Of a stretch of 64,000 bases of DNA, positions 62,928 through 64,000 are shown in pieces. The notes below the pieces were generated by a model. The model worked only from the letters and a program-made list of their open reading frames with translations, made no database searches and was not told the DNA's origin. The DNA lies in the NCBI GenBank assembly GCA_028713675.1, contig JAQTNV010000016.1:54-64053 (forward strand), written 5' to 3'. Position numbers and translations under genes: made by a program. The stretch's first letter is position 1; the number at the start of each line of letters is the position of its first letter. This DNA comes from a bacterium (GTDB lineage Bacteria; Desulfobacterota; JAPLJL01).

Positions 62928-63602
62928 ATGGAGCAGGTAATTCAGGACATCGCCTTGATGCTGGTGCCGATGCTGTTCGCGGTTTCCTTTCACGAAGCCG
63001 CCCACGGGTATGTCGCCGACCGTCTGGGCGACCCCACCGCCCGCCTGGCCGGACGCCTGACCCTGAACCCTTTCAAACACCTGGACCTGGTGGGAACCAT
63101 CGTATTTGTCGTAACCCGCATGATCGGCTGGGCCAAGCCCGTCCCGGTCAATCCTTTCAATTTGCGCGATCCCAAGCGGGACATGATGTGGGTTTCGCTG
63201 GCCGGCCCGGGATCCAACCTGGTCCTCGCCATTATCTCCGCCATGCTGCTCCGCCTGCTGGCCTGGTATGATCCCTCCCTCCCTCTCCAAACCCAGTTTC
63301 CCAAGTTCGCTTCCAGTTCGTCTTTTTTCCTGGTTCCCCTTTTCCTGATGATTCAAATCAGCGTCGTTATGAATATCGCCCTGGCGGTTTTTAACTGCCT
63401 GCCCATTCCCCCGCTCGACGGGAGCAAGATTCTCATGGGTCTCCTGCCCCTCGATAAAGCCCAGGCCTTCGCCCGGATCGAGCCTTACGGTTTTATCATC
63501 CTGCTCGGTCTTATTATATTTCCAGGTCTTCTAGGGATTCCTAGCATAGTAGATATTTTAATTAGCCCACTCATTAATTTAGTGATCAGATTGTTACTTT
63601 AG
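62928..63602 (+). CDS. Site-2 protease (M50 family)
   Basis: HEAAH, AGPGSN, FNCLPIPPLDG. Confidence 0.95.
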   Translation: MEQVIQDIALMLVPMLFAVSFHEAAHGYVADRLGDPTARLAGRLTLNPFKHLDLVGTIVFVVTRMIGWAKPVPVNPFNLRDPKRDMMWVSLAGPGSNLVLAIISAMLLRLLAWYDPSLPLQTQFPKFASSSSFFLVPLFLMIQISVVMNIALAVFNCLPIPPLDGSKILMGLLPLDKAQAFARIEPYGFIILLGLIIFPGLLGIPSIVDILISPLINLVIRLLL

Positions 63603-63606
63603 CGAC

Positions 63607-63723
63607 AGTTTCGAGTTTCTAGTTTCGGGTTTCGGGTTAAACCCTATGCTCTTTACGCTCTGCTCTGACACCGACACCGGCACCCTGGCCGGCACAAGTC
63701 GTCAGCTCGGGCAGGCTGACACT
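63607..63723. repeat. Heptamer/hexamer arrays with a 32-bp CCTG...CAGG micro-element (63684-63715)
   Basis: tttcgagtttctagtttcgggtttcGGGTTAAACCCtatgctc; gacaccgacaccggcaC[cctggccg gcacaagtcgtcag ctcgggcagg]Ctgacact. Confidence 0.8.
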
Positions 63724-63772
63724 AAAATAGGTTTCAAGTTCAAACCTTTTCGTTTATAATCTGCCGTTAATT

Positions 63773-64000
63773 ATGAATGATTCTAAAAAACCCCGGGTTC
63801 TTTCCGGGATGCGGCCGTCGGGAAAACTCCACCTGGGACACCTGGCCGGAGCCCTGAAAAACTGGGTTGATCTCCAGAAACAATACGAGTGTTTTTATTT
63901 CGTGGCCGACTGGCACGCCCTGACCACCGAGTACGCCGACCCGGCCAATATTTATAATGACGCCCGGGAAATGGTGGTGGATTGGCTGGCCTGCGGGATC
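63773..64000 (+). CDS. trpS: Tryptophan--tRNA ligase (5' part; truncated by window)
   Basis: RVLSGMRPSGKLHLGH (HIGH-like), FVADWHALT, WLACGI. Confidence 0.95.
   Translation, partial: MNDSKKPRVLSGMRPSGKLHLGHLAGALKNWVDLQKQYECFYFVADWHALTTEYADPANIYNDAREMVVDWLACGI

Noticed and set aside
62793-63356. 187-aa minus-strand ORF
   Set aside because: Antisense to the site-2 protease and ends inside a REP; no independent support.

Overview
A 64-kb chromosomal window from a bacterium that looks deltaproteobacterial (inferred from AhbC-type heme biosynthesis, TIGR02266-type PilZ, Dif-like chemosensory genes and a GC-CTERM-like sorting signal). Layout: 1-22 kb holds housekeeping and metabolic genes (ahbC-like, cobA/hemD, Fe-ADH, radical SAMs, an orphan PqqD + SPASM pair, glyQ, acyl-CoA enzymes, carD). 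22-33 kb is a cell-surface locus (S24/S26 peptidase, 1508-aa repeat adhesin, C25 gingipain-like protease, and a divergent paralog with a C-terminal sorting signal). 33-62.5 kb is a dense signal-transduction island of about 15 genes (two sigma-54 activators, PAS kinases, HD-GYP, MCP-CheW-CheA). A site-2 protease and the start of trpS close the window. No rRNA, tRNA, CRISPR array, transposase or reverse transcriptase was recognised. The most unusual signal is non-coding. Many gene junctions carry degenerate 7-bp (also 6- and 9-bp) tandem arrays, often as inverted pairs, mixed with diverse REP-like hairpins. Several families of 22-35 bp micro-elements sit inside those arrays and hairpins with 1-3 bp target duplications. 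An Avd/IVS-type four-helix-bundle gene is embedded in such arrays, and some arrays and REPs are translated in frame into proteins. A second clear signal is a set of four sigma-54 promoters that each have a GGGTC-N6-GACCC-like enhancer upstream, with a second site 19 bp away. Functional calls come from motif recognition only; no database searches were run.
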